A stretch of DNA of 64,000 nucleotides from an uncultured Chitinophagaceae bacterium (GTDB lineage Bacteria; Bacteroidota; Bacteroidia; Chitinophagales; Chitinophagaceae): the NCBI GenBank assembly GCA_963826435.1, contig CAWGWY010000003.1:17151-81150 (forward strand), given 5' to 3'. The translations under genes and the position numbers were made by a program. The notes below the pieces were generated by a model. The model worked only from the letters and a program-made list of their open reading frames with translations, did no database searches and was not told the origin of the DNA. Shown piece after piece: positions 40,794-51,304 of the stretch. Positions within the stretch are counted from its first letter, which is position 1. The number at the start of each line of letters is the position of its first letter.

Positions 40794-43583
40794 CTATTTC
40801 TTATTTACAATAAACCGGTATCTTCCTGAACCAACAGAAATCTTATATTTTGCTTTAGTGTTGTCAAAAAGTTTTTCGCCATTAATTTTTTTCCCGTTCA
40901 AAAAAATTTCTGAAATATGGTTACCCGGTAAATACACCGTTGCATCCGTGTTTGCAGGAATTTCTACATTCAATTCAAACCTGTCTTTGGTCTTCTTCCA
41001 ATCAGAAATAATCATTCCGTATGGCGACCGGTAGGTTGTTTTTGCCGAAGTAATATCTCCAACAGCCTCAGGTGCGATAATTATTTTTTTGAAGGCCGGC
41101 ACGCTATCATTCTGACGGATGCCACCCAACCCGCTATATAGCCAAGCCATTAAATGACCGAGCATGCAATGGTTGTTACCAAGTGTTTTGATGGCCTGCC
41201 AGTCCTCCATCAGCGTAGTGGCACCATGCGAAATCTGGTAACCATAACCGGGCACATCAGAGCGGCTATTCATATCATATATCACATCAGAGTGTCCTTC
41301 AGCTTCCAGCACGGCAACCAGGTATTTGTATCCTACTTCGCCTGAGCTCAGGCGATTGTTGCGCTCCCTTATATTATTTATTATATTGGCAACTACGGCT
41401 TCCTTGTTAGCAGGATCTACCAATTGCATATAAACCGCCATGGCATTTGCCGTTTGGCTTCCCGTACCATACTGGTTAGTTGTTGCATTAAAAAAATGTT
41501 TATTGAAAGCAGCTTTAACTTGTTCTGCCAACCGTCGGTATTTTGTTGCATCTTCTTCTTTTCCCAGCAGCGTTGCCGTTTTTACAAGAATCCCAAGACC
41601 GTAATAATAAATGGCCGTACCGGTGATGCCTTGCGGTGTGCTTACGGAATAACCGGAACCAGAACCATTCGGGCCAATATCAAACCAGTCGCCTAATCCA
41701 TGCGAAACAATATGATCAGCCGCTCTCGTGCCCAGGTAATCCACGTAGCGCTTCATCATATCATAACTTTCAACCAACACTTTTTTATCTCCATACCATT
41801 GGTATAAGTTATAGGGCAAAATCACGCTGCTGCTTCCCCATTCAGGAGAATCCCTGAAGTCGGGATCGAAGTGAACCCACTCCGGCGCTATATTGGGGAC
41901 TAATCCACTATCGGTTTGAGCCAGTTTCATGTCCTGAACGATCTTGCGGTAAAAGGAAGCAATGTCATAATTATACCGGATAGAATTGCCCAGGAGATGC
42001 GGTACTTCCAGCCAGCCTAATTTCTCGCGGTGAGGGCAGTCAGTTAGCACGCTGGCCATATTACTTTTAATGGCCCAGTTGATAAGACTGAAAATATCAT
42101 TGAATAATTTATTTGAACAGGAAAAACTGCCTACCGTACTTGCTGAATTACGGGTATGCAATCCGGTTATCTTGCTGATTACGGGCAAACTTTTTGGATT
42201 TGCTTCACCTGCTGGCACTGCTCCTTCCACCTGCAGGTAGCGAAATCCATAATAGGTAAATTGAGGGCGCCAGTTTTCTGTTTCTTTCCCTTTTATTATA
42301 TAAGAAAAATAAGCAGGCCCACCTGATGGCTGCTGATTAACGAGTCCACTATCATCCAGAATTTCACCTGGTATAATTTTTATTTTTTCTCCGGGTTTGC
42401 CATTGGCCCATATTTCCGGGATGCCCGAAAAATTCTGACCGAGGTCGTAAACCAAAACGCCGCCTTTGGGTTGTGATATTTTTATGGGAAGAAATGATTG
42501 CATAACCTTTAATGGCTCCATAGTGGTCGCAGCAAGTTGCGGTGGGCCATCTACCAATAATACAGGTTTCCAGCGCTTATCATTAAAGCCAGCTTCATTC
42601 CATCCGGGTTGTTCAAGCCTCGCATCATAGTCTTCCCCGCCATATATACTTGTAAAAGTTACAGGCCCCGGACTTGTCTTCCAGTCTGAATTGCTTACAA
42701 TATTTTCTACAGTGCCATCCGCATATTCTACTATCAACCGGCAAATCATTTTGGGATGCCCAAAACTACCGGTAAGTTTGCGATACCTCTCTGCAGGAAC
42801 ATGATAAAAACCATTTCCAAGCATTACACCGATCGCATTCTTATCCTGCTTTACCTGCTGCGTTACATCAAACCCAACATACAAAGCCTGCTCACCATAA
42901 AAACTCCATCCCGGATCCAGAAAATGATCGCCAACTTTTAGGCCATTAAGGCTGAGATCAAAATGACCAAGACCGGAAATAAAAATAGTTGCCAGCTTTA
43001 GTGGCTTTGCTACAACAAACTCTTTTCGTAAAAGCGGCAATGTATCTTGTAGTTTACCCCATTCGGGTTTTCCGCCAAGATGAGCAAGGGGTACAATTTT
43101 TTTTGCCTTGGGTAACTCGTCGTATGCAATCCAATGAGCATCTTTCCAATCGGCTGAAGATAACAACCCCATCTGCCACGCTGCCGGATCGCTCCAATCT
43201 GAAACATTTCCCGTGTTATCCCAGATTTTAATTCGCCAATAATATTTTTTTGCCGGTTGCAATGGCCGCCCCTGATAGGAAATCAAAATGGATTCTGCTG
43301 ATGTTATTTTATCTGAATCCCACAAATCACCCTTTTCATTTTTTACTATATTCAAATTCTCCGAAACGATAATGCGATAGGCAATTTGCTTTATATTCCT
43401 CTCTCCGGAAATAACAATCCAACTTAGCCTTGGATAATGGTTATCTATGCCTATAGGGTTGGTTTTATATTCACAGGTTAAACCGGAAGCCGTCAATTTT
43501 TGAGCAGGAACTTTGAATGAATAGCCAACAAGAGTGCTCAGAGTTATAAAAAATAATAAGAGATGCTTCTGCTCTATTTTCAT
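40794..43583 (-). CDS. GH78 alpha-L-rhamnosidase
   Basis: YGGEDYDAR, DLGQNF.G, FTYYGFRY, TDCPHREKLGW, GATT..E.W and NH.MLG motifs. Confidence 0.93.
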   Translation of the reverse strand: MKIEQKHLLLFFITLSTLVGYSFKVPAQKLTASGLTCEYKTNPIGIDNHYPRLSWIVISGERNIKQIAYRIIVSENLNIVKNEKGDLWDSDKITSAESILISYQGRPLQPAKKYYWRIKIWDNTGNVSDWSDPAAWQMGLLSSADWKDAHWIAYDELPKAKKIVPLAHLGGKPEWGKLQDTLPLLRKEFVVAKPLKLATIFISGLGHFDLSLNGLKVGDHFLDPGWSFYGEQALYVGFDVTQQVKQDKNAIGVMLGNGFYHVPAERYRKLTGSFGHPKMICRLIVEYADGTVENIVSNSDWKTSPGPVTFTSIYGGEDYDARLEQPGWNEAGFNDKRWKPVLLVDGPPQLAATTMEPLKVMQSFLPIKISQPKGGVLVYDLGQNFSGIPEIWANGKPGEKIKIIPGEILDDSGLVNQQPSGGPAYFSYIIKGKETENWRPQFTYYGFRYLQVEGAVPAGEANPKSLPVISKITGLHTRNSASTVGSFSCSNKLFNDIFSLINWAIKSNMASVLTDCPHREKLGWLEVPHLLGNSIRYNYDIASFYRKIVQDMKLAQTDSGLVPNIAPEWVHFDPDFRDSPEWGSSSVILPYNLYQWYGDKKVLVESYDMMKRYVDYLGTRAADHIVSHGLGDWFDIGPNGSGSGYSVSTPQGITGTAIYYYGLGILVKTATLLGKEEDATKYRRLAEQVKAAFNKHFFNATTNQYGTGSQTANAMAVYMQLVDPANKEAVVANIINNIRERNNRLSSGEVGYKYLVAVLEAEGHSDVIYDMNSRSDVPGYGYQISHGATTLMEDWQAIKTLGNNHCMLGHLMAWLYSGLGGIRQNDSVPAFKKIIIAPEAVGDITSAKTTYRSPYGMIISDWKKTKDRFELNVEIPANTDATVYLPGNHISEIFLNGKKINGEKLFDNTKAKYKISVGSGRYRFIVNKK

Positions 43584-43816
43584 TAGTTATTTTTCAAACA
43601 AGCCTAATCAATATTGATATATATTATTGCCTTATTAAAAGAAGTAAGACGGTGAAATGCAAAATAGAAAGCTTACACAAAATAGTAAGGCGTAAAATGG
43701 CATTTTACTTATCATTTTTGATATATTTAATATACTGGGGCTCACCGTAGCAAAATTTAGATCATTAGGAAATTAAATGAAAGCTACCTGATGATAATGG
43801 TTAAAAAGCCAAATCA

Positions 43817-45301
43817 TTATCGAAGTTGTGCCGCTGGCCGCACTTCTGTACCAACAGTTTTTGTAAGGCCATCGCCGATCGTCCGCCGGTACCCGTCGGC
43901 AATTTTGCTAAGTTGTTTTACCACCGCAGGAAAATTATCCTTTACATCCCTGTCTTCACCCGGATCAATGGACAGATCAAATAATGACAATGGCACATCC
44001 ATACTCCCGTGTTTGCCGGGATACCTGTCGCCTCCGATGGTGGCAGGCGGGCCATAAGTTTGAGAACTGTGCGGGAAAACGAGTTTCCATTTCCCTTTCC
44101 TTATTGCTTTTAGATTATTCCTGTCGTAGTAGTAAACAAACTCGTCGCGGGGATTGGCATCTTTATCTCCCAGCAATACACTTTTAAAATCTACGCCGTC
44201 AATTTTTTTTATGGGCAAATTTGCTCCGCATATATCTGCAAGCGTTGGTAAAACATCCATTGTAGTGAGCAATTTATTGCAAACTGTTCCGGGCTTTGTA
44301 TGTCCCGGCCAGCTTATAATACAGGGCACTTTCAACCCGCCGTCAAACGCAGTACCCTTGCCCTCCCGCAAACCGCCCGTGTTACCTGCATGATTGCCAA
44401 ATGTAAGCCAGGGACCGTTATCGCTGCTAAAGATCACAATAGTGTTATCAAGTAAATTATTTTCTTTTAATGCCTTCATCACCTCGCCTACCGACCAGTC
44501 AACTTCTTCCATTACATCTCCAAACATTCCGGCGCCGCTTTTGTCTTTAAATTTATTTGAAACACCCAACGGCACATGCACCATTGAATGGGCGAGGTAT
44601 AAAAAGAAAGGGTTGCTTTTGTTTCTGTTTATAAATGAAACCGCCCGGTTTGTATATGCTGTTGTCAACTGGTCCTGGTCGTCAAAGCTTGAAATAATTT
44701 TAATGGTTTTATTTCCTTCAATTAGTGGTAACGGCGGATATTTCGCCCGCCAGAAAGAAGTATCCTTCCATCTTTTACCATTATAATCATAGGCCCACAT
44801 ATCATTCGAGTAAGGGAGACCGTAATATTCATCGAATCCATTTTGCAAAGGGAGATAAGGCACTTTATGACCAAGGTGCCATTTGCCGACGCAGGCGGTT
44901 TTATAGCCTTTGTCCTTCAGTAATTCGGCAATGGTTTGTTCATCGGGATTCAATGCAAATTTTGCATTGTGATCAATAGCGCCGCTTATTCCTATGCGGG
45001 TTGGGTAGCAACCTGTAATCAAGGCGCTGCGTGAAGCAGTACACACGGCCTGGGCCGCATAAAAATCCGTAAACCTTGTTCCCTGCGCGGCAAGCGCATC
45101 AATGTTTGGAGTCTGGTAAGGGCCGCCCCCATAACACACGGGATCACCATAACCCATATCATCCATAAAAATAATAACAACATTTGGTGTACCGGGTGGT
45201 TCGTTGCCCGGCTTATTTTGTTTCAACTTCCCGCCGGTAAAAGCCATTAGAATAAATAAGGCAAGTAAACTATAATACCGGGCTGTTGTTTTTATAATCA
45301 T
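43817..45301 (-). CDS. Cys-type sulfatase (arylsulfatase A-like)
   Basis: DDMGYGD, CTASR, GKWHLG, YSNDM and SDNGP motifs. Confidence 0.93.
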   Translation of the reverse strand: MIIKTTARYYSLLALFILMAFTGGKLKQNKPGNEPPGTPNVVIIFMDDMGYGDPVCYGGGPYQTPNIDALAAQGTRFTDFYAAQAVCTASRSALITGCYPTRIGISGAIDHNAKFALNPDEQTIAELLKDKGYKTACVGKWHLGHKVPYLPLQNGFDEYYGLPYSNDMWAYDYNGKRWKDTSFWRAKYPPLPLIEGNKTIKIISSFDDQDQLTTAYTNRAVSFINRNKSNPFFLYLAHSMVHVPLGVSNKFKDKSGAGMFGDVMEEVDWSVGEVMKALKENNLLDNTIVIFSSDNGPWLTFGNHAGNTGGLREGKGTAFDGGLKVPCIISWPGHTKPGTVCNKLLTTMDVLPTLADICGANLPIKKIDGVDFKSVLLGDKDANPRDEFVYYYDRNNLKAIRKGKWKLVFPHSSQTYGPPATIGGDRYPGKHGSMDVPLSLFDLSIDPGEDRDVKDNFPAVVKQLSKIADGYRRTIGDGLTKTVGTEVRPAAQLR

Positions 45302-45314
45302 ACTTTAATCAATT

Positions 45315-46796
45315 TTATTTTTTCAGATAATTAACCAGTATATCATTTTTCTGCTTCGCTCCCTTTGTTGATCTTCCGCTTTCAACAATTTCTTTTGCCA
45401 GGTTCGAAAGTTCAATTACTATCGTCGGATATTTATATGCAATGTTTATTGTTTCCGCAATATCTGCTACAACATCATATAACTGAATTGGCGGCAAGTG
45501 TAAGTCTTTGGCTTTTTTTTCAGTGGGCGCACTCCATCCGCCAGAGCCCGCGCCGAATACCAATTTCCACTTTCCCTTACGAACTGAGAAGTTGCCATCT
45601 ATCGAATGATGAATTATACTTGTTCGCCCGTAATTGTTTTGTTGCAGCAATAATGGTAAGAGACTGTAACTGTCTTCGGCTTCATCGTCTTTTAATTTTA
45701 ACTGCAGCATGTCTGCAACTGTGGCGATAAAATCGGTTAAGCATACAGTGGTATTACTGCTGGTATGTGGCTTAACATGGCCCGGCCATTTTACAATAAA
45801 AGGAATGCGATGGCCGCCTTCAAAAATATCGGATTTTGCTCCCCTGAAAACATAACTGGGATTGTGGCCTTTCGCCGCCAATTCCTTAAAGTTGCAGACA
45901 GGTGTTACACCGTTATCACTTGCAAAAACAATCATAGTATTTTGTTCAATTCCCGCGTCCTTAACAGCCTGCAATATTTTACCGGTCATGTCGTCTGTCA
46001 TCAGAACAAAATCACCGTATTCATTAGTGCCCGATTTGCCCTTGTACTCCGTGGTGGGCAGCATAGGAGTATGCGGCGATGGCAAGGCGAAATAAAGAAA
46101 GAAAGGATTTTTTGTTTTTGATTGTGTGCTTATATACTCAACCGCTTTTTTGGTAAGATTTGGCAGCACTTCTTCATGTTTAAAATCATTGCCAATGGGG
46201 CCTTCCCTCCAAAAGCCTTTGCCGGTGGTACCCGCGATGCGGTCAATTTTAGCAGCCGTTATTTTATTATTCTCAATGTAGAAATAAGGCGGTATATCCA
46301 GCGAGGCGGTAATGCCATAAAAATAGTCAAAGCCTGCCTGGTTCGGTCCATCAGTTATCTCTTTTAAAAAATCAACTTTCCCTTTTGCATCTTTTTGCCA
46401 GCCAAGGCCAAGATGCCACTTGCCAATACAGGCCGTATGATAACCATTGTTTTTGAGCATCGAAGCAATTGTCGTTCTTCCCTTCTCAATCAACATCGTG
46501 TCGTAGCTCCACAATACACCACTTTGTAAAGAAGTTCGCCAGGCATACCTGCCTGTTAAAATTCCATAACGTGTAGGTGTGCACACCGCAGAATTGCTGT
46601 GGGCATCGGTAAATTTCATACCTTCTTCAGCTACCTGATTAATATGAACAGTATTTAGTTTTGAATTTTCATTAAGGCTGCTTACATCGCCATAGCCCAT
46701 GTCATCAGCAAGAATATAAATGATGTTTGGCTTTTGCTGCGCACCTGCATTTATAACAAACAGAAAAAATACGTTCAACCAAACAAGTGTTTTCAT
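45315..46796 (-). CDS. Cys-type sulfatase (arylsulfatase)
   Basis: DDMGYGD, CTPTR, GKWHLG, SLDIPPY and SDNG motifs. Confidence 0.93.
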   Translation of the reverse strand: MKTLVWLNVFFLFVINAGAQQKPNIIYILADDMGYGDVSSLNENSKLNTVHINQVAEEGMKFTDAHSNSAVCTPTRYGILTGRYAWRTSLQSGVLWSYDTMLIEKGRTTIASMLKNNGYHTACIGKWHLGLGWQKDAKGKVDFLKEITDGPNQAGFDYFYGITASLDIPPYFYIENNKITAAKIDRIAGTTGKGFWREGPIGNDFKHEEVLPNLTKKAVEYISTQSKTKNPFFLYFALPSPHTPMLPTTEYKGKSGTNEYGDFVLMTDDMTGKILQAVKDAGIEQNTMIVFASDNGVTPVCNFKELAAKGHNPSYVFRGAKSDIFEGGHRIPFIVKWPGHVKPHTSSNTTVCLTDFIATVADMLQLKLKDDEAEDSYSLLPLLLQQNNYGRTSIIHHSIDGNFSVRKGKWKLVFGAGSGGWSAPTEKKAKDLHLPPIQLYDVVADIAETINIAYKYPTIVIELSNLAKEIVESGRSTKGAKQKNDILVNYLKK

Positions 46797-46831
46797 ATTT
46801 TGAGAATATCATTTTGATTTGATATCATTGC

Positions 46832-48382
46832 TCACCAATTTTCAGAATAAATTTTTTTCATCTCCGGAAAATTTTCATCGCTGTCCCCTGCTGCTGCTTT
46901 CAATCTTACCAATTCTGTTTTCATCTTTTTAATGATGGCGCTATACTTCTTATCATCAATAGCATTGTGTGTTTCTTTCGGATCTTTTTCCAGGTCATAA
47001 AACTCCCAGGCCGGTGCCGTAGTTTCTTTGGAACTCCCTGTCATGTTTAAAGGTTGGCCATAAAAGAAAATTAATTTGTACCGGGCATCGCGAATTCCAA
47101 AATGAGCGGGACGGATTAGGCTGTGCTGCCAGTAACGATAGTACATAGCCTTTCGCCATGTTTTTGGGGTATGGCCTTTCAGGTTTTCCCTGAAACTTTC
47201 GCCCTGTATAAATGACGGCTTTTTTATTCCGGCATAGTCTGCAAACAGGGCGGCAAAGTCGGTGTTCAATATAATATCATCTAAGCGGCTTTCTCCCTTT
47301 ATCTCCTTCGGATAGCAAATTACAAAAGGCATTCTTAACGATTCTTCATACATCATTCGCTTGTCCATAAAATCATGCTCGCCGAGAAAATATCCCTGGT
47401 CTGCGGTATAAATAATCACCGTATTGTCATCTAATCCTGCATCTTCAAGATAATCGAGCAGTTTACCCAGGTTGTCGTTTATGCCCGCCCCGCATCGCAA
47501 ATAATCCCTGATAAATTTCTGATAGATTTTTTTTCTCGCCTCAATTGGACTTAATCCCTCTGTTGAGAAAGGAAGTTCAGGATAGGTAGTCCAAAATTTT
47601 CCGGTACTTGCTTTTTCATACCTTGAGCCTAATTCTTCTAAAGGCTGTCCTTTAAAAGACCGGCCGGTAGTAGATGCCCCTGAATCTAAAAATGTTTCCG
47701 GGTAAGGAAATTCAACATCCTTATATAAATCTTTAAACCGGTCTGCAAAATCAAAGGGCTCGTGGGTTGATTTAAAATGACACATCAGGAAAAAAGGTTT
47801 ATTGATTTCTCGTTGCTTCATCCAGTCAATACTCATAGCTGTGGTGATGTCATCTACAAAACCTTGTATAGTATCTCCGCTTTTTTCGTTATCGTTCCAA
47901 TTGTTTTTATTCAAAAAAGAGGGATTGTGATAAACGCCCTGACCTGGTAATATATTAAATGTATCGAAGCCAGCAGGCATTTTTTTCAGATGCCATTTTC
48001 CAAAGATGGCGGTTTGATAACCGGCCTGTTGTAGTTTTTTGGCAATATTGTCTTTGTCAGGAGACAGCGCATCGCTTAGGGTATATACATCATTTTGATT
48101 ACTGTATTCTCCGGTAAGAATAGTAGCCCTGCTGGGTACGCAAATGGAGTTGGTGCAAAATGCATTGTTCAGAACGGCGCCTTTTGCAGCCAGCCGTTTT
48201 ATATTGTCATTCTTCACATAATCTTTTAAAATACCGCCATAAATGCCCCATGCCTGCGATGTGTGGTCATCAGCCATGATAAAAATAATATTTGGCCGCC
48301 CGCTTGCTGAAGCCTCCTTTTTTTGCGCATACACACAAAGCGAATAAAAAGAAATTAAAATCAATAAAATCCAATGTTTCAT
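46832..48382 (-). CDS. Cys-type sulfatase, N-acetylglucosamine-6-sulfatase/mucin-desulfating-like
   Basis: DDH, NSICVPSR, GKWHL, DQG.FLGEH...DKR.MYE and YYRY motifs; likely start at 48382 (MKHWILL). Confidence 0.9.
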   Translation of the reverse strand: MKHWILLILISFYSLCVYAQKKEASASGRPNIIFIMADDHTSQAWGIYGGILKDYVKNDNIKRLAAKGAVLNNAFCTNSICVPSRATILTGEYSNQNDVYTLSDALSPDKDNIAKKLQQAGYQTAIFGKWHLKKMPAGFDTFNILPGQGVYHNPSFLNKNNWNDNEKSGDTIQGFVDDITTAMSIDWMKQREINKPFFLMCHFKSTHEPFDFADRFKDLYKDVEFPYPETFLDSGASTTGRSFKGQPLEELGSRYEKASTGKFWTTYPELPFSTEGLSPIEARKKIYQKFIRDYLRCGAGINDNLGKLLDYLEDAGLDDNTVIIYTADQGYFLGEHDFMDKRMMYEESLRMPFVICYPKEIKGESRLDDIILNTDFAALFADYAGIKKPSFIQGESFRENLKGHTPKTWRKAMYYRYWQHSLIRPAHFGIRDARYKLIFFYGQPLNMTGSSKETTAPAWEFYDLEKDPKETHNAIDDKKYSAIIKKMKTELVRLKAAAGDSDENFPEMKKIYSENW

Positions 48383-48881
48383 ATTCTTAATTTTAACCAG
48401 CGCATAATTTAAGCAAAACGTCAATACTTCAATGACTTTATTTTCTTAATTACGATCTCACGTCGATTTGCTGAAATTAATTCCGGAAATTCTTCCATAT
48501 ATTTTAGAATCAACGGCAACTCTGCCAAAGCAAATAATGAAAGATCTTAGGCCTCGTAGAACTACGGGCAGGAAGGATAGAAGTCCCAATATTTTCATTT
48601 TTGCGTATGGCGCTCTTTATGAATAAAAGCATTCACTCCTCTCACGACAGAGACGGATTGAGTAGGTTTTCCGTGCCAATTATAATTTTAATACGCAATT
48701 TTGGAATCCAACATTAAAGAGACAGCGGTATGTTTACGGTAAATGCAATTATACCATTGACAAACTGCGTACAAACAAGCTTGTTATTAATATCTTCAGC
48801 TGGAATTTTAGCCAACCCGGTAATTTTACAAATATGCAAGAGTAGGCCTGGCATGTCTGTGCGGGTGGAAAATACATTAAA

Positions 48882-49259
48882 CTATTTTTCAAAATGGAAG
48901 CCTGGCTCGAAGCGGCGACGGGAGGCGGGCAAAAGTGTAGAAATATGCAGCCTTTCCTGGACAATCTCCCTGGCTTTTTTGAGCTGGCTCAATTTTTCTG
49001 CGATGATCCTGCATATAATAACCTTCTCTCTTGAGAAATATTGAGTCACCTGGTCTTCATACGCCGATATCGTTTTATCAATGTCTTCGATTTTCATGTT
49101 GGTCATGCTCTCAATATACATGTCCCGCTTTCGTTTGCACTCATCCAAAAGGCCGAGTTCATAGTCGAGATCCGGTCTGCTACCGCTGGCATTTTTCTGC
49201 AAAGCTGATGCTTCATCCGGTGTATCCCTGAACAGCCATTTAAAAAATTTCATGTTCAA
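48882..49259 (-). CDS. Hypothetical helical protein (125 aa)
   Basis: ATG ORF with a near-consensus sigma54 promoter 44 bp upstream; no recognisable family. Confidence 0.55.
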   Translation of the reverse strand: MNMKFFKWLFRDTPDEASALQKNASGSRPDLDYELGLLDECKRKRDMYIESMTNMKIEDIDKTISAYEDQVTQYFSREKVIICRIIAEKLSQLKKAREIVQERLHISTLLPASRRRFEPGFHFEK

Positions 49260-49302
49260 AGTTTTACTGTTACTACATTTTCAATAGGAACTGTTATAGA
49301 AA

Positions 49303-49318
49303 TGCAATTATCGTTCCA
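49303..49318 (-). promoter_or_regulatory. Sigma54 -24/-12 promoter
   Basis: Minus strand reads TGGAACGATAATTGCA against the consensus TGGCACG-N4-TTGCW, with exact GG-N10-GC spacing. Confidence 0.65.
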
Positions 49319-49797
49319 TTTGATTTCAAAACTTCACGATTAGACGTAACAATCAGTATCAGCTTACAATCTCAACTTTTGAGACATGAGTAGAAAAGGT
49401 GTTTCAACTTTGCATGTGCGGATATAAACGTTTAGAAAGCGCTAGGTTTTAGTTGGAGCCGGAAGCCACTTCTTTATTTCACAAAATAAGCATACGCAAT
49501 CGTTAGCAATATGATAAAAGCTAAAAGCAACCCAGCCAGCAGCCAGGGGCGTTGGTCAATCAAACGTTGCCGCGGCAAATCTATGTCCAGCTTTCGAATT
49601 TTTTTGGAAGGCATTAAAAAAATCTGTTTTGAAGTTACAACCTGTTATTTTCCGTAAAGAAATGGCTGCGCTTGCTTTGCCATTTTTTTTATCCTTTTTA
49701 TTAAAAAATATTCTATAATATTTTGGCATTACAAAAAGCATCCTCAATCATAAAAGTAGCAGCAGGGAACTTAAAAAGCCAACAGGGAAAAAGCCGT

Positions 49798-50286
49798 TCA
49801 AAAACTACGGATAGCATTTCTTGGCGGCGAGGGATTCAGACTGCCCGCTATCAGCTCTTCCAAATTACCTACCAATTTTGTATTATCAGTCTCTGCCGTA
49901 TATGCCATAAATTGGGTACTTCCAACAAAATTATGGGGATATACACGAAGCTCGCTTTGAATGGCTGAACCAATTGGGTATAAAACCCGAAGCTGTTCGT
50001 AATACAAGTTTATAATGGAGAACTGTACATGTGGAGTTGCTGGCCTGGTATGACCCGGCCCGGTATCAGGAGTAGAATTGATCGCATCATTATTATTAAG
50101 AATTCTACCGCTGGTATCCACCGCAAAAACCAACAGCGGGTAATCGCTATTTGGGGTACTTGAATTTAGGACCTGTGGAACAAAACTGAAGTGGTCAAAA
50201 CCTGCGACCGGATTTCCTGTAACGGGGTTAAAATAGAGTGTCAAAGTATTGTAAGCAACTTTAACTCCTGTAAATCTGTTTGGCAT
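49798..50286 (-). CDS. Hypothetical protein (162 aa) with near-terminal LNPSPP motif
   Basis: Long clean ORF in AT-rich DNA; no signal peptide; begins MPNRF. Confidence 0.7.
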   Translation of the reverse strand: MPNRFTGVKVAYNTLTLYFNPVTGNPVAGFDHFSFVPQVLNSSTPNSDYPLLVFAVDTSGRILNNNDAINSTPDTGPGHTRPATPHVQFSIINLYYEQLRVLYPIGSAIQSELRVYPHNFVGSTQFMAYTAETDNTKLVGNLEELIAGSLNPSPPRNAIRSF

Positions 50287-50661
50287 ATGCGGAGGGGTTG
50301 ATTTGAAATGAAAGTATAATTCAAATCTCGCAATTTACGGTCAAATCTTTATAATTTTTTTATACATCAATACTGCCGGATTTTAGGTTTGGGCTGGAAA
50401 CAAGCAGGCAACTCATTGCAATTATTTCTTTATCCGTATGAATTATAACATGCCTGAAAACGAAATAACGCTTACGGAAAAATCCCGGCGCAATTATGCT
50501 TCCTAATTTTTTATCGCATGTAAACACTAGCTTCAATTGTACAATCTTTCCCGGTAAATAATAACACGAATCCAGTATTTTTCTGGTTTCTCTTTTCAAA
50601 ATTATCCTGTACATTGCCTTTAAAAACAGCTATGAAGTTACTACGTTTAAAAAGTGTAAAA

Positions 50662-51024
50662 ATGAAGAAAAAGATATTTAAGCCGATAGCATTATCCTGC
50701 AGTTTCATTTTTTTAATGGCTGTTTTTGCTGACCTCAATGGCAAATGGTCAGGCATTATTAAAACACCTGACGGTAGTGAAATAGAAGCATTCTATAATT
50801 TTAAAGTAGAAGGCGATCAACTGTCCGGCACCGCAGAGTCTCCTGCCGGTATTGTAACTATCGACAGCGGGAAAGTTATTGGCAATACTTTTTCTTTTAA
50901 AGTTACTGTTGATGGTAACGAGTATCCTCACACGGGCAAGCTGTATGATGATTCATGCGGTATTGATATTGATTTTGGTTACCAGATAGTACACACAACC
51001 CTCTTGCGGGATACTTCCAGGTAA
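50662..51024 (+). CDS. Small secreted beta-rich hypothetical protein
   Basis: Signal peptide MKKKIFK...AVFA, then ADLNGKW.G and F...G..L.G; likely start at 50662. Confidence 0.75.
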   Translation: MKKKIFKPIALSCSFIFLMAVFADLNGKWSGIIKTPDGSEIEAFYNFKVEGDQLSGTAESPAGIVTIDSGKVIGNTFSFKVTVDGNEYPHTGKLYDDSCGIDIDFGYQIVHTTLLRDTSR

Positions 51025-51304
51025 CCCACCTGGAAATCTAATTGAGTGTAGGGTTTTGTTCCTGGATGTTGGATATTGTCCGAAGAAGTCTATGAGAAAA
51101 TTTTTATCGGGTAGCTTTAGCCAAAGTTCAATATTCAACATTCAATCTGATGGCTACCGGATCAATTTTCATGTGGATGGCATTCTTACCTTAACGATAT
51201 CGCCGGCCGCAAAATTTATGCACTCATGTCATTGCCTTTGTACCCGTTTGGAAATATTGCTGGGCACTAATAATTATCTTTGGCAGATTTGACAAGAAAC
51301 TTAT

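Noticed and set aside
48664-48678. TGGCACG on the minus strand as a sigma54 -24 box
   Set aside because: No TTGC-like -12 element at the required spacing.
50360-51292. ORFs 50360-50614, 50511-50756 and 51056-51292
   Set aside because: They overlap promoter regions or the opposite-strand gene, have non-ATG or weak starts, and show no motifs.
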